From NCBI GenBank assembly GCA_951406725.2, contig OX597818.1, positions 103,168,001-103,232,000 on the forward strand: a stretch of 64,000 bases of DNA. Reading direction: 5' to 3'. Made by a program: the position numbers and the translations under genes. The stretch is from Octopus vulgaris. Its lineage: Eukaryota. Positions 26,408 to 38,833 of the stretch are shown one piece after another. Each line of letters starts with the position of its first letter. The stretch's first letter is position 1. The notes beneath the pieces were generated by a model that worked only from the letters and a program-made list of their open reading frames with translations, did no database searches and was not told the origin of the DNA.

Positions 26408-27039
26408 ATGAATTTTTACAATCCAGCCGTCCTTTAACACGGAATTTCGTCTTTTTCTAAAACATGACCCTGATGTGACTTTATATATAATGGAACTGTG
26501 ATTCTCTATATCAGAAAAAATAGAAGTCGAAACAATGTATTGGGCTTTTATGCTTTTTAGAATTATTTACGTTATATAATATTGTTATTTTATATCATAT
26601 TCATAGCATTTAATCTGATATTATAATATAAATGAATTACTGGATTTTCAATAACATATCTCTAAATTTAATTTATCTTTATAATTAAACTATACCAATG
26701 TTTATATGGTACCAAATGACGTGCCAGTGGATTGGATGTTTAAAACACCTATTTGAAGGATTCTTTTCGCACACACCAGAGTAAGCATATATGTATGAAA
26801 CAAAGTGGAAATATAGTGCTCGAATACCAGAGGTTAGAGTAATATGTTTTATTAATAAAGCTGCAAGGACATCACTAAAACCGTTACTGAGATATTCACG
26901 TTTTTGTTTCTCAACCAACTAATGAGCGTATTAAATTTATACTCTGCAAAAGTATAAAGTAACCCTTAGATTTGTATAAAATTGCTTTTATTATAACTGA
27001 ATATACAAGCAAACATAACACCCACCTTATATATATATA

Positions 27040-27143
27040 TTAGACAAAAAGAGATAGCAAAACCAAGGCTGTAAGGAGTTTTCGGGATATTTATAATGAT
27101 AGAGATATATAGTCTTACAGCTGTTTCTGGGATATCCCTTCAG
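27040..27143 (-). mobile_element. Penelope-like fragment with hammerhead remnant
   Basis: Minus strand 27143-27116: CTGAAGG GATATCCCA GAAAC AGCT GTA; ends in (TA)n. Confidence 0.5.
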
Positions 27144-27149
27144 CTAGCG

Positions 27150-27600
27150 TTACCTGCCACTCTTTTGATCTTATAGATACCAAAAATGCTACTTCTCCGT
27201 CGGGTCTGGTCAACACAAGAGGGCCGCATAAGAAATAAGAATGCTCAACCACACATTTAATTAATGACATTCCAGAAGTTGAGGGAACTTGGCTACGAGG
27301 TTCTTACCCACTCAGTTTAATCCCCAGACCTTTCTCCTCTCGACTGCTACTTTTTCAAGCACTTTGATGGTTTCCTGCGAAAGAATGGGTTCAAAAATCA
27401 GACTAACGCTGAGAGCGCGTTCAAAGAGTTCATCAGCCCCAGAACTCCAAACTTTTGTGTTAGCGGAACAAACAATCTCGTTGGCAAAAATGTGTTGATT
27501 GTAAAGGTACTTACTTAGATGAATAAAACTTGCGCATTGGTGAAATATATTGTGATGAATATCAAGTTTCAAAATGTTGCTTACTTCTTACTCAGCCTGA
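27150..27600 (+). mobile_element. Mariner 3' fragment (cecropia/Hsmar1-like)
   Basis: NAQPH..QKLRELGYEVLTH..SPDLSPLDCYFFKHFDGFL..AFKEFI..RWQKCVDCKGTY; TIR-like end ttacttcttactcagcctga-TA. Confidence 0.85.
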
Positions 27601-28222
27601 TATATATGTATGTACATCGAAGTTTCGATCAGCTAAGTAATCGTCGATTTGCTGGTCGCACCTCCGAATTCACTATCAATATTTCTTTTTTTTTTTGGAG
27701 AGTAATAAGTTCGTACTGTACAAAAATATAAAGTAACACATAGATTAATGTAAAACTGCTGTATTATAACTGAATATAGAAGCAAACATTAATACATACA
27801 CGCATCCTCCAACTCCCATCCATATATATTATCATTACATAAGATAAATTAAATGACCATTTCAAGTCTTGGCAAATAACTTGCCATTTCTTTTCTGCTT
27901 CAAAATTTACCTAACAGCTCAACGAAATGCAACAGCTAATCGCTTAAGAAAAGCAATCACAAAATCGGATTTCCAACATCACTTCAAATCGGAATTTTAG
28001 TTGCATAGCAATTTGAGCACTTTGAGTGCATACCTATTTGTTTGAGTCACTCTGTAAAGTCTTATCTCTGTGAGGTAACTGTTAATACCGTACGTCACTA
28101 TTCCATTTTGCAGTTTGCCACTATGTTTTTGGTGGACGTTATCGCTCAAATTTATTAAGACACTTAAACGTTTCCAACAGTATATTAAAGCCAGCCTTAA
28201 ATTATCGCTTGAACCCTAAGAC

Positions 28223-28427
28223 GCACATGTAGCAGCTTAAGAAAAAGTGCATAGAAACTAGGATATAAAGAATATATAGGAAATCGCACATATAAAAATG
28301 CATGAAAATATTTATACATATGAAGTACATGTATCTCTTGATGTTAGTATAATTCATAATTGCTCCAAGATGTTATGCAATAAAACTTCACGTTGTAGCT
28401 CGGGATATCAAAGCGAATATCCTAACC
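28223..28427. repeat. Copy 1 of locally triplicated segment (internally deleted)
   Basis: Near-identical to 31802-31911 joined to 31999-32093. Confidence 0.95.
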
Positions 28428-28680
28428 TTGTGAATTGAAGTTGTAAAATTGCGGAAGTTTATATAATAAAAATTATGTCTGTGTTTTTCTTACGTGATGA
28501 AGCGGAGCGTTTTCTAATTCCTTCCTGAAGCAAATACATTGACAGAGTTTCATAGCGATGTCCAGTTAAAGAGGATTTACCACAAATTCAAGAAGTTTTA
28601 GTTACATTTCAATTATATGTCAGCTTCAATCATTAAGACTCAAAGTTTATATATTTGGAGTTTGTTATTGAGAAAGATAG

Positions 28681-28930
28681 TAGAGGCGCGTGGCTTAGTT
28701 GTTAGGGTGTCAGCATCATGATCGTAAGATTGTGGTTTAGATTCCTGGACCGGGCGACGCGTTGTGTTCTTGAGCAAAACACTTCATTTAACGCTGCTCC
28801 AGTCCACTCAGCTGGCAAAAATGAGTAACGCTGCGATGGACTGGCGTCCCGTCCAGCTGGCGAACACATACGCCATAGAACCGGGAAACCGAGCCCATGA
28901 GCCTGGTTAGGCTTTAAAAGGGCGCATTTA
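28681..28930 (+). mobile_element. SINE group A
   Basis: Full-length match to other group A copies. Confidence 0.93.
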
Positions 28931-29201
28931 ATATCATTTATTTAATTGAGAAAGGTATCTTTTTAATTCAAGTTTTTCTATTATATTATTAAAATGTTCT
29001 TGATGATTTGGAGAGGTGCAACTCGTGTTTTGATTAATGCAATTTTTAATCATGTTTTCAACTATTCCATACTTGGTAAATATTCTATCATATTTCATGT
29101 AACATATGTTTGTATTTTATGATTATTTTTAATGCTTATTGGTTGAAGTGTATACATTGGAAGTTGCACACATTAATATTCATTGACATAAACGCTAGTA
29201 T

Positions 29202-29395
29202 GCGTAGGAGCATCTAAACACGGGGAAATTGTATTGAACCATTCATACCAAACAAGCACATGTAGCAGCTTAAGAAGAAACTAGGATATAAAGAATATAT
29301 AGGAAATCGCACATATAAAAATGCATGAACATATTTATACATATGAAGTACATGTTACAACACACATACAGTATATACAAATGTACTGGTAAATC
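29202..29395. repeat. Copy 2 of locally triplicated segment
   Basis: Near-identical to 31748-31945 with small indels. Confidence 0.95.
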
Positions 29396-29411
29396 ATGTT
29401 TTATATATTAC

Positions 29412-29413
<2 letters not shown>

Positions 29414-29483
<70 letters not shown>
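29414..29483. repeat. (GATA)n microsatellite
   Basis: Direct reading. Confidence 0.95.
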
Positions 29484-29484
<1 letters not shown>

Positions 29485-30007
29485 GGGAAGGAGGGAGAGA
29501 AAGTGAGGCGGGAGTGTGGCGTGAGAGAAAGAAGAAAAGAAAGCGGTAAATGAAAAGTATAGAAAGGTGAACATGTGAGTGTACATGCATAAATATGGTG
29601 AACGGTGGAACAAGAAGTGCTGAAAAAGGATGCATGGAAGCATATTAATGGAGGGGAGGGAGGGAATCGGCGGCGCTGATGTTGTATAGAGACGTAGCTC
29701 ATAGTTAATAGGTTAAGTTGGTGAGAAAAATATGCCTTGGCGAAAAATGTGGAAGAGAAATTATAGAAAATATAGCAACTATAAAATTAGTTAAGATGAA
29801 GAAGATATGGAAACCGAAAGGGAGATAATATCAGAAATTTTTGAAATCGTAAAGGAGACGATATATCAAGTAATAGTTGTGTACTGGGATCGATGCAATC
29901 GACTAGTATTCTCCACGCAAACTTCAGGCCTAGTGCCTATAATAGAAATGATTATTATTTCCTTACGTTATGAGTTCAAATTCCGCCTAGGTCAAATTTA
30001 CTTTTCA

Positions 30008-30446
30008 AGGCGGTGATCTGGCAGAAAAGTTAGCACGCCGAAAGAAATGCTTAGTGGTGTTTCGTCTGTCTTTATGCTCTTGGTTCAAATTCCGCCGAGG
30101 TCGACTTTGCCTTTCATCCTTTCGGGTCGATGAATTAAATGCCAGTTGTGTAGTGGGGTCGATCGAATCGACTGGCCCGATCCCACCAAAATTTCGGGCT
30201 TTCGCCTAGAGTAGAGAAGAATATTTCAAGTTATGAAGGCAATGAGCGGGAAGAATCGTTACTGCGCCAGAGAAAATGCTTCGCGTAATTTCGTCTGTCT
30301 ACGTTCGAGGTTCAAATTCCGCCGAAGCCCTCTTTGCCTTTCATCCTTTCAGGTTCGATAAAATCTTAACCAGTTGGATACAGTATCGATATAATCGACT
30401 TGCCCCACCCCTTAAATACTGGCCTTGTGACAATATTTGAAACCAA
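30008..30446 (+). mobile_element. Two SINE group C-related copies (alternative tail)
   Basis: ggcggtgatctggcagaa head; gttcaaattccgccgaggtcgactttgcctttcatcctttc domain twice. Confidence 0.85.
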
Positions 30447-30957
30447 TATCTCAAATCATGTTTCTTTTTCTACATGTTTTTCGAAATTTCCGAGTACTTT
30501 GACCTCGTTCACTCTGAAAATTTCAGACTAATATCATAGTTGTGAATATGTTAACTCTTAAAAAAAGTTATGAGTGTTATTTTGTGATTATATGCCTATG
30601 ACTAGACAATGTGTTAATTCCAATATATCTGTGTGGGAATTAACAAACTTGTTTTTTCAACGTCTAGTCATTGATGATGTTTTTTGTTTATGAAAGTGAA
30701 ATTCAGTTAATATATGTATGCACAAATGCATTACATAGCATTTGCATATATTCACTTATATTACCATACAGAGAGTATTGCAATATAATATAATATTCGT
30801 GTTTATAATTCCACTTATGTTTATTCGTAACTAACATAAAAGGATTTTCGTCGGTTTCGGCGATGAACTTTCCATTACTGAATCAAGTGATATTCCTGCT
30901 AAATACCATAGTGTTCTAAACATTATGCATCATTAATATCATCGTAAGATACAATCA

Positions 30958-31706
30958 AGAAGGCGACGAGCTGGCTGAAATGTTAGCACGCTGGGCGAAA
31001 CGCTTAGTGGTATTTCGTCTGCCGTTACGTTGTGAGTTCAAATTCCGCCGAGGTCGACTTTGCCTTTTATCTTTTCGGGGTCGATAAATTAGTACCGGTT
31101 ACGCACTGGGGTCGATGTAATCAACTTAACCCCTTTGTTTGTCCCCTCTATTTTTAGCCCCTTTTAGGCAATAAAGAAACAAGGAACGTTAGCATGCCAG
31201 GCGAAACGCTTAGCGGCATTTTGTCTGTCTTTACGTTCTGATTTCAAATTCCGCCGAGGTCGACTTTTGTCCCCTCTATGTTCAGTCCCTTGTGGGCAAT
31301 AAAGAAATAAGAAACGTTAGCACGCCGTACGAAATGCTTCGAGGCATTTTGGCTGCCGTTACGTTCCGAGTTCAAATTCCGCCGAGGTCGACTTTGCCTT
31401 TCATCCTTTCGGGGTCGATAAATTAAGTACTAGTTACGCACTGGGTTCGATGTAATCGACTTAATCCGTTTTCTGTCCTTGTCTCTCCTCTCGGTGTTTG
31501 CCCCTTGTGGGTAGTAAAGAAGTAGGTATTTCGTTTGCCATTACGTTCAGAGTTAAAATTTCGCCGAGGTCGACTTTGCTTTTCATCCTTTCGGGGTCGA
31601 TAAATTAAGTACCAGTTACTCATTGGGTTCGATGTAATCGACTTAATCCCTTTGTCTGTCCACGTTTGTGCTCTCTGTGTTTAGCCCCTTGTGGGCTGTA
31701 AATAAA
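30958..31706 (+). mobile_element. SINE group C tetramer (one unit internally deleted)
   Basis: Four tails; flanked by 13-bp TSD taagatacaatca (30945-30957 / 31707-31719). Confidence 0.9.
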
Positions 31707-31747
31707 TAAGATACAATCAGCATGGAGATTGTGAGACAAGGTTGGTA

Positions 31748-32093
31748 GCGTAGGAGCATCTAAACACGGGGAAATTGTATTGAACCATTCATACCAAACA
31801 AGCACATGTAGCAGCTTAAGAAAAAGTGCATAGAAACTAGGATATAAAGAATATATAGGAAATCGCACATATAAAAATGCATGAAAATATTTATACATAT
31901 GAAGTACATGTTACACTACAGTATATACAAATTACTAGTGAATCTCTCCAATAGGGTTCCCAAGTTTCTTTCAATGTCATTTTACTCAAAAGATGTGCAT
32001 CTCTTGATGTTAGTATAATTCATAATTGCTCCAAGATGTTATGCAATAAAACTTCACGTTGTAGCTCGGGATATCAAAGCGAATATCCTAACC
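31748..32093. repeat. Copy 3 (longest) of locally triplicated segment
   Basis: Contains both 28223-28427 and 29202-29395. Confidence 0.95.
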
Positions 32094-32139
32094 AATCAAG
32101 TGTGTTGTGTCGTCGATATCTATACAGACATAATAATAA

Positions 32140-32392
32140 ATAAATGCGCCCTTTTAAAGCCTAGCCAGGATCATGGGCCCGGTTTCCCGGTTTCAATGGC
32201 GTATGTGTTGCCCAGCTGGATGGGACGCCAGTCCATCGCAGCGTTACTCATTTTTGCCAGCTGAGTGGACTGGAGCAACGTGAAATGAAGTGTTTTGCTC
32301 AAGAAAACAACGCGTCGCCGGGTCCAGGAATCGAAACCACAATCTTACGATCATGATGCTGTCACCCTAACAACTAAGCCACGCGCCTCCAC
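32140..32392 (-). mobile_element. SINE group A
   Basis: Full-length match. Confidence 0.93.
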
Positions 32393-33459
32393 ATCTATAC
32401 GTATATATAGTCTCAAATCCACAAAAATTTGTAAGCACATACTCGCATATGTTTGTGCGTGTGTGTGCGCGTGTGCGTATGTATAGGTATGTGTACATAT
32501 GTGCGTTTTGCGTGAGTGTATGTGTGTTTGTGTATGTGTGAGAGAGAGAGGAGGGATGAAAGAGTGCTTCTATATGTACATATACTCTAACACAACATAA
32601 GACCTTGAGAATGCTTATATGAAGAAATGATTCCCAATATATTCAAATATTTTCATCTATGGATAACTACTTATATATTCACATCCTCTGATACATTGGT
32701 ATGGACTGACACGTATACAAAGTGTGCATTACACTTAGATATGTTGGCTATAGAAGATAATACATATATTGAAGAACGAATAAATAGTAGGAGGCAAAAC
32801 AAAATACAGTAAATAAGATCTAGAGGCAATTATTTCTATTCCCTAAGAATAAATGAGTATTATTCCAAGAGATTAAGAAATGAGCTCTCCTAACTAATGC
32901 ATATGCTAAAACAAAATAGTATCTAATAATTGTTAAGAACAGCCAAATATGGACGATTTGCAGTCCTTTATAATTCATCAACAATATATCTTTATCATTT
33001 GGTCATTTGACAAAAATTTGAAATATGGAATAAAATGCGTATGAAGGAATGCATTTTATCCAATAAAATTTTCACAAGAGAAATATCTGAAATAGGTGAA
33101 TGGCAGGAATTTCCATAAATTGTTTCAGAGTCTCTGTAATTTATTCTTCATGACAACACTCTGAAATTCTCTTACCTTTCTAGTGTTTGAGCGATCCTCA
33201 AAGACAAGCGAGATACTTTTGCTAGATTGAAATGTAAGACCTTGACGTAAATGTAATCTACCTAACCGTTTAAACGATGTGATTTTGTTTGCAGGTAAGG
33301 AATGAGTTTGAAAATATGATTTTTAAAATGGCTTAATTTACGTGGCCAATAAATTTGCTTAAATTAGGTTACAAAAATCCTCTAATTTACATCTTATTCT
33401 CTTGAAAAAGAAGACATTATATAATACAGCACAGTACTAAATATATGCCATATAAAATA

Positions 33460-33858
33460 GGCGGCGAGCTGGCAGAAACGTTAGCGCGCCGGTATTTTGT
33501 CTGCCGCTACGTTCTGAGTTTAAATTCCGCCGAGGTCGACTTTGCCTTTCATCCTTTCGGGGTCGATTAAATAAGTACCTGTTACGCACTGGGGTCGATA
33601 TAATCGACTTAATCCGTTTGTCTGTCCTTGTTTGTCCTCTCTGTGTTTAGCCCCATTGCGGGTAGTAAAGAAATAGGTATTTTGTCTGTCATTACCTTCT
33701 CAGTTCAAATTCCGCCGAGGTTACCTTTGCCTTTCATCCTTTCGGAGTTGATAAATAAAGTACCACTTACGCACTGGGGTCGATGTAATCGACTTAAACC
33801 CTTTGTCTGTCCTTGTTTGTCCCCTCTATGTTTAGCCCCTTGTGGGTAGTAAATAATT
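33460..33858 (+). mobile_element. SINE group C dimer
   Basis: Two units; 10-bp TSD atataaaata (33450-33459 / 33859-33868). Confidence 0.9.
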
Positions 33859-35949
33859 ATATAAAATATGAACGAGGTGGCCATGATTGGTAAATCGTTG
33901 GTCTCAAGTTATCCTGTTTTCATATTTACACCAAAAATACAATAGTCTCTTCTTTTACAGATTTGTTAAAATCTAAATCAGCAACATCGCATCCTTCCAA
34001 AACATCGCACTTCCCACAACATTTCTTGGACAACAGTAACTATAATTAGCTCCATCATGGAAAACTTTTGCTTTTCATGAATATTCCATCATCTAATAAA
34101 TTGTATGGAATCAAATAGCAATTTATAGATCCAAGTATATGCATATTCAAATATAGTCGAGTAAAGAATGTATTTGTCTTCACTCAATCATTGCTGCCAC
34201 AAGAAAAGCAAACAATAAATTTTAAAATATGAGGTAGGAATGATAAGATCCCCAGCGTCAATAATACTATAGAATTGTTCTTCTATTTTTATAATCAACT
34301 GGTGCTTTTATAGATATGTAAATTAAATATTCGAATTAATTTCATCCCCAGTTTTGTCTAAAATATATATATATAAAAATTATAATAAGTTATTTTAGGA
34401 GGAAATATAATAAATGCAGTGATGAAAATAAAAAGGCATTTTGATATACACAACCAGGCTGAGCCATCCATGCATACATAAATATACGGGCATTTATACA
34501 CACATATATACATGTGTGTGTACATATTTATACATGCATGTGCGAGTGCGTGTGCAAATTGGGTTTTGTGCATTATGCGTATGTTTGTGCACCAGCATAT
34601 TTGTACATACACATACATAACTATACTAATTGAAGAATTGCCAACTATTCTAATTTTGACACGCTTCCAAATTAAATTATTAAAAATGAAAACTTTACTT
34701 TTCTTATCAAATTGACTTAATATAATTACGTAAAATTCGTCAGAGAAAATGCTTTTGATATATTACTAAAAAGTAGAGCGTGGATACTGCATTTTAGTAA
34801 AGATTCTGAATGTGATGTAATTACCTCCATATGGAAGCCCATGTGAGACATGTGACTTCCTATAATGTTTTCAGCATCTAAAATCAATAAGTTTAGAAAA
34901 AAATTACTATCCTCACACTGAAGAGTACTGCTATAATTTTTCTGATTAGAGATATTTAAGTTATTGACGTATTGATAAGAGAAATTGTAGAACAGAAGGT
35001 TTTTTTAAAAAACCCTTTTGAGACAAATGAAAAGAAGGAAGTTTTCAGTAGGAGCAAGAACTGGTTTTTATGATTGCAACATAGTAGAGTCGCCTGAAAC
35101 AACCATTGGCTAATCAGTGAAGTCCTATCGCGACCCCACCCTCAAAGAAAAGCGCAACACTCGGCCCTACATTTCCCTTCGCAGTGTTTCGTCTAATCTG
35201 AGTTATTATAGAACATACCAAGCAGTGGTGTTCAACGCAAAATACGCAGTTTTAAGAGAATTTCTTAACTCTAAATGAATACATTTGTATCCAAATGTAT
35301 CCTTGAAGGGCCTCATCTCAGAAGTTGACTCCGGTACCTGTTATTTAAGTTTTGTATTTATTGTAGCGTTTTCTTTTACGGGAACACTATGTTACATATG
35401 CACTCTAGTACGGATTATCAATCGGTGTGTATGGGGGAGGTCAAAAGTAAACGCAAAGACACGCATACGCATACATAAATATATACATACAGGACGGTAC
35501 CGTCACCATCATAATTCCAGACATAGAAGACCATTTAAAATTTCTTTTTGAACCATTTCTTTTACATTTATGTCGGTCGACTCTTCCACCCTAAAACAAT
35601 AACTGGTATATTTTTCCTATTATAAATATGAATTACACATTTTACTAACTAAAGAACCGTTATTCAGACCAGATTTAGAAAAAAGAAACGTACACATAAT
35701 ACCACGTGGAATTTCACTAATACGATCAAGAATGAAAATAAGAGCAACACCACCGACAAACAACACTTCAGCACCAGTAAACTATCTGAGAGGATGTAAG
35801 TATTCCTCTACTTTACTCGGACTCTACATTTAAACCAAGATCTACTTCGATGTTATGCAAAAGTTCATATCGGAGATATGAAGCGGACGAAAAACCTGTG
35901 ATGAAGCACACCTTAACTTAAGGACATTCAACAGAAGCAACTTCGGCAA

Positions 35950-37055
35950 CAGTTATCTTTCTTTATAAAGAATGGCTTGATCTCGTGATGTAAATCGAGA
36001 AAAGAAAATCTGCACAGAAATTGTGATATCAATAGGTCAGACCTAAGAAGAGATAAAGGAGGTTGAGGCTTGAGATCAGTGCAAACAGCTTTCGAATATC
36101 TTATAGTCTCTCTCATACAGCACTTGCTAAACAGCAGCAGCAAAAATAAACACATTGAAGTCGTGCTGAAATGTAAGAAAACAATATCCTATATTTAAGC
36201 TATTAAGGAAGTGTTCTCTTCCTCATGTCCTTCCATACAACCCCAAATTAGCAGTACTATCGTACCTCAATAAAGAACGCTCAGGATAACAAAAACGGAC
36301 CATACATGGGTATGGTTCCTGAAGATTTGAAGACAGCAATATTGACATCAAGTGAAGCTTCTCTTGGAGACGTGGTCGCTACATTCTATGTATTTGCAAT
36401 CCAAGAACAGGAAATTACGACGAAAAACCTAATAAACGGAGACGGGAGAGCGTCGAGTCCCAATATGCAAGCCAAAATGTAGATTGTATCAAATTTCTCA
36501 GGAAGATATCACACATGTCATTTACAGCTGCCCCAAAAATCATCAAAGTACTGCAACCTTGTTGCAGAAACAATAAAGAATGCCATGCGGAGTAAAGATT
36601 GTCCAGGATAAATTCAGAAAATCCTCTCGGTATTGAATAGGAACACAAATATCAACACAAGGAATACTGGCGGTGCATTCCCATGAAACCATTTGTCAAT
36701 TGTAAGCACAACAGGCCGGATATTGCTGTTTGAGACAGACAAGTAAATGTGAGTACATTCATAGTACCGTCATAGATAACCTGCTGATGTGAATTTCTCT
36801 TTGAAAATCAAAGAGAATGAGGTTAACTATGGGCAAATAATTCATAACCTCCAGCTCCTTTACCGAGATTACAAATGTTTATTTACTATAATAATTGGTG
36901 CACTTGGTGTTGTGAGAAAATGCCTAATTGGCAGTCTGGATAATCATGGATTTTCAGGAAAGAAAATGTAACCAAGTGACTCGTGCATTACAAATAGAAT
37001 CTGTAAGTAGAAATGTAAAAAAATATGTAAGACTTTGCTCAAGTTTAAAATGTGA
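35950..37055 (+). mobile_element. R4/Dong-like LINE 3' fragment (Zn knuckle plus restriction-like endonuclease)
   Basis: LHRNCDINR..RRDKGG*GL, FAIQEQEITTK, KCRL..EDITHVIYSCP, KHNRPDIAV, PADVN..IIIGALGVV. Confidence 0.85.
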
Positions 37056-38706
37056 CGTTGTTTTCGTTATCTATAATCCAAGGAAGGAGCTTTGTAGTTT
37101 TGTCAGCAACCAGCTCCTCCCTCAGAGGAACAATTTGAATAGTTAAAAACAGAAGAGAAGCATCATCCATGTATATACATGTTTGTTGATCATAAAAGAG
37201 TGGAGATAAATATTACTTGCTAATATTAACCCTGCTTCTGTCGCTATCAAAATAGTCTCTCTCTCACTCTCTCACTCTCAAACACACACAGACACAAAAC
37301 ACACAACACACAGCGCACCAACATACGTACATACATACATACATACATACATAAACACATACATACATTCATACATACATACATACATACATAAATACAT
37401 ACATATATACATTAAGTGACAGACCATGTTTACGTTACAACAGCACGACGCAATATTTAGCGTTCCCAGAAGGCGTGTCTCTCACACGATATACCTGAAA
37501 TGCTTATATAGAATAACATCGCTCTCATTATCAGATTTATAAGTTTTCTCTTTCTTGTTAAACCCCAGGATTATTTCGACCCACGGGACCTATTTTCAAC
37601 GCTTTCCAACCGTGATAAACTCAACGTTCTGTGCATCAGAAATTACATTATTAAATGTTTCTACACCTGAGCCTGTATTACGCTCTTTAACGTAGATGTA
37701 ACAGTTAAAAGCAGATAATTAATGACCACTTAAAGATCATACAAAATTAGTTCTTAATTTTGATGCATGAATGGTGAATCCCGTTCTCATAATTGCATGC
37801 TGAGGGAAAGGCTGATAGAAATCGCATATATATATATATAGAAATAAGCACCACTTTACCATACAGCGTAAGACATCTAATAATGGGTTAGATATCATAC
37901 GTTTGTACTTGATATCATAGATAATCGACTCGGTATCATAGACAGAATTCTGTTCAACGGTTAATTGTAGAGTTCATCCGTTTTGATACCCTCTGTTGCT
38001 TCACAGTATTCCGACGAAGCTTTCATTGCACATAGTATCTTTTGTTTGATGCGTTTGAAAGTAGGTTCTCATGATAAAATGATTGAAACTTTTCCTCGGA
38101 TCGGAAATTATATCGGATGGATGATTAGAAAAAAAAATGCAAGATTAATAATATCAGGGTTTTTTCAATCTATAATATATTACCTCAGTGATACAGAAAG
38201 TCCATGATTTCACAAAAGAGTTCCGTTAAAGGAGAAAACGTTAACTTTGTTATCTGCAGTAGCAATCAATATGTATGTAAATCAATCAGGCAAAATATTC
38301 CGCAGTTTATATACTCGTACAACATTCATGTTGCTGATATAAGAAACACGATCCTTGTAACACGCTGATACGTATCGGTCTGATACGGGCAACACTGTTT
38401 ACTACATGCATAGATTTGATTTTTTTAAATATATTGTTCTTAATGTCACTAGAGTGTTATATAACAGTCATAAATTTTCGTGATAAAGGGTAGCAAATGT
38501 CTCTTCAATAAGTTACATTTATAGGATTTAAAGCAAACTACATATCTATCTATCTATCTAACTAACTAATAAAGTAATCTTTTTCTCTCTCTGTATATAT
38601 ATATATATATAGTCAATAAATAGCTAAACTTTTTTTGGCTGCTATTTCTAAAAGTTCGGTGTGTGGTAAAGTAAATTATTTTACTGAACCCTAATTATAT
38701 AACGTA

Positions 38707-38750
<44 letters not shown>

Positions 38751-38769
38751 CTCTCTCTCCCTCAATATA

Positions 38770-38833
<64 letters not shown>

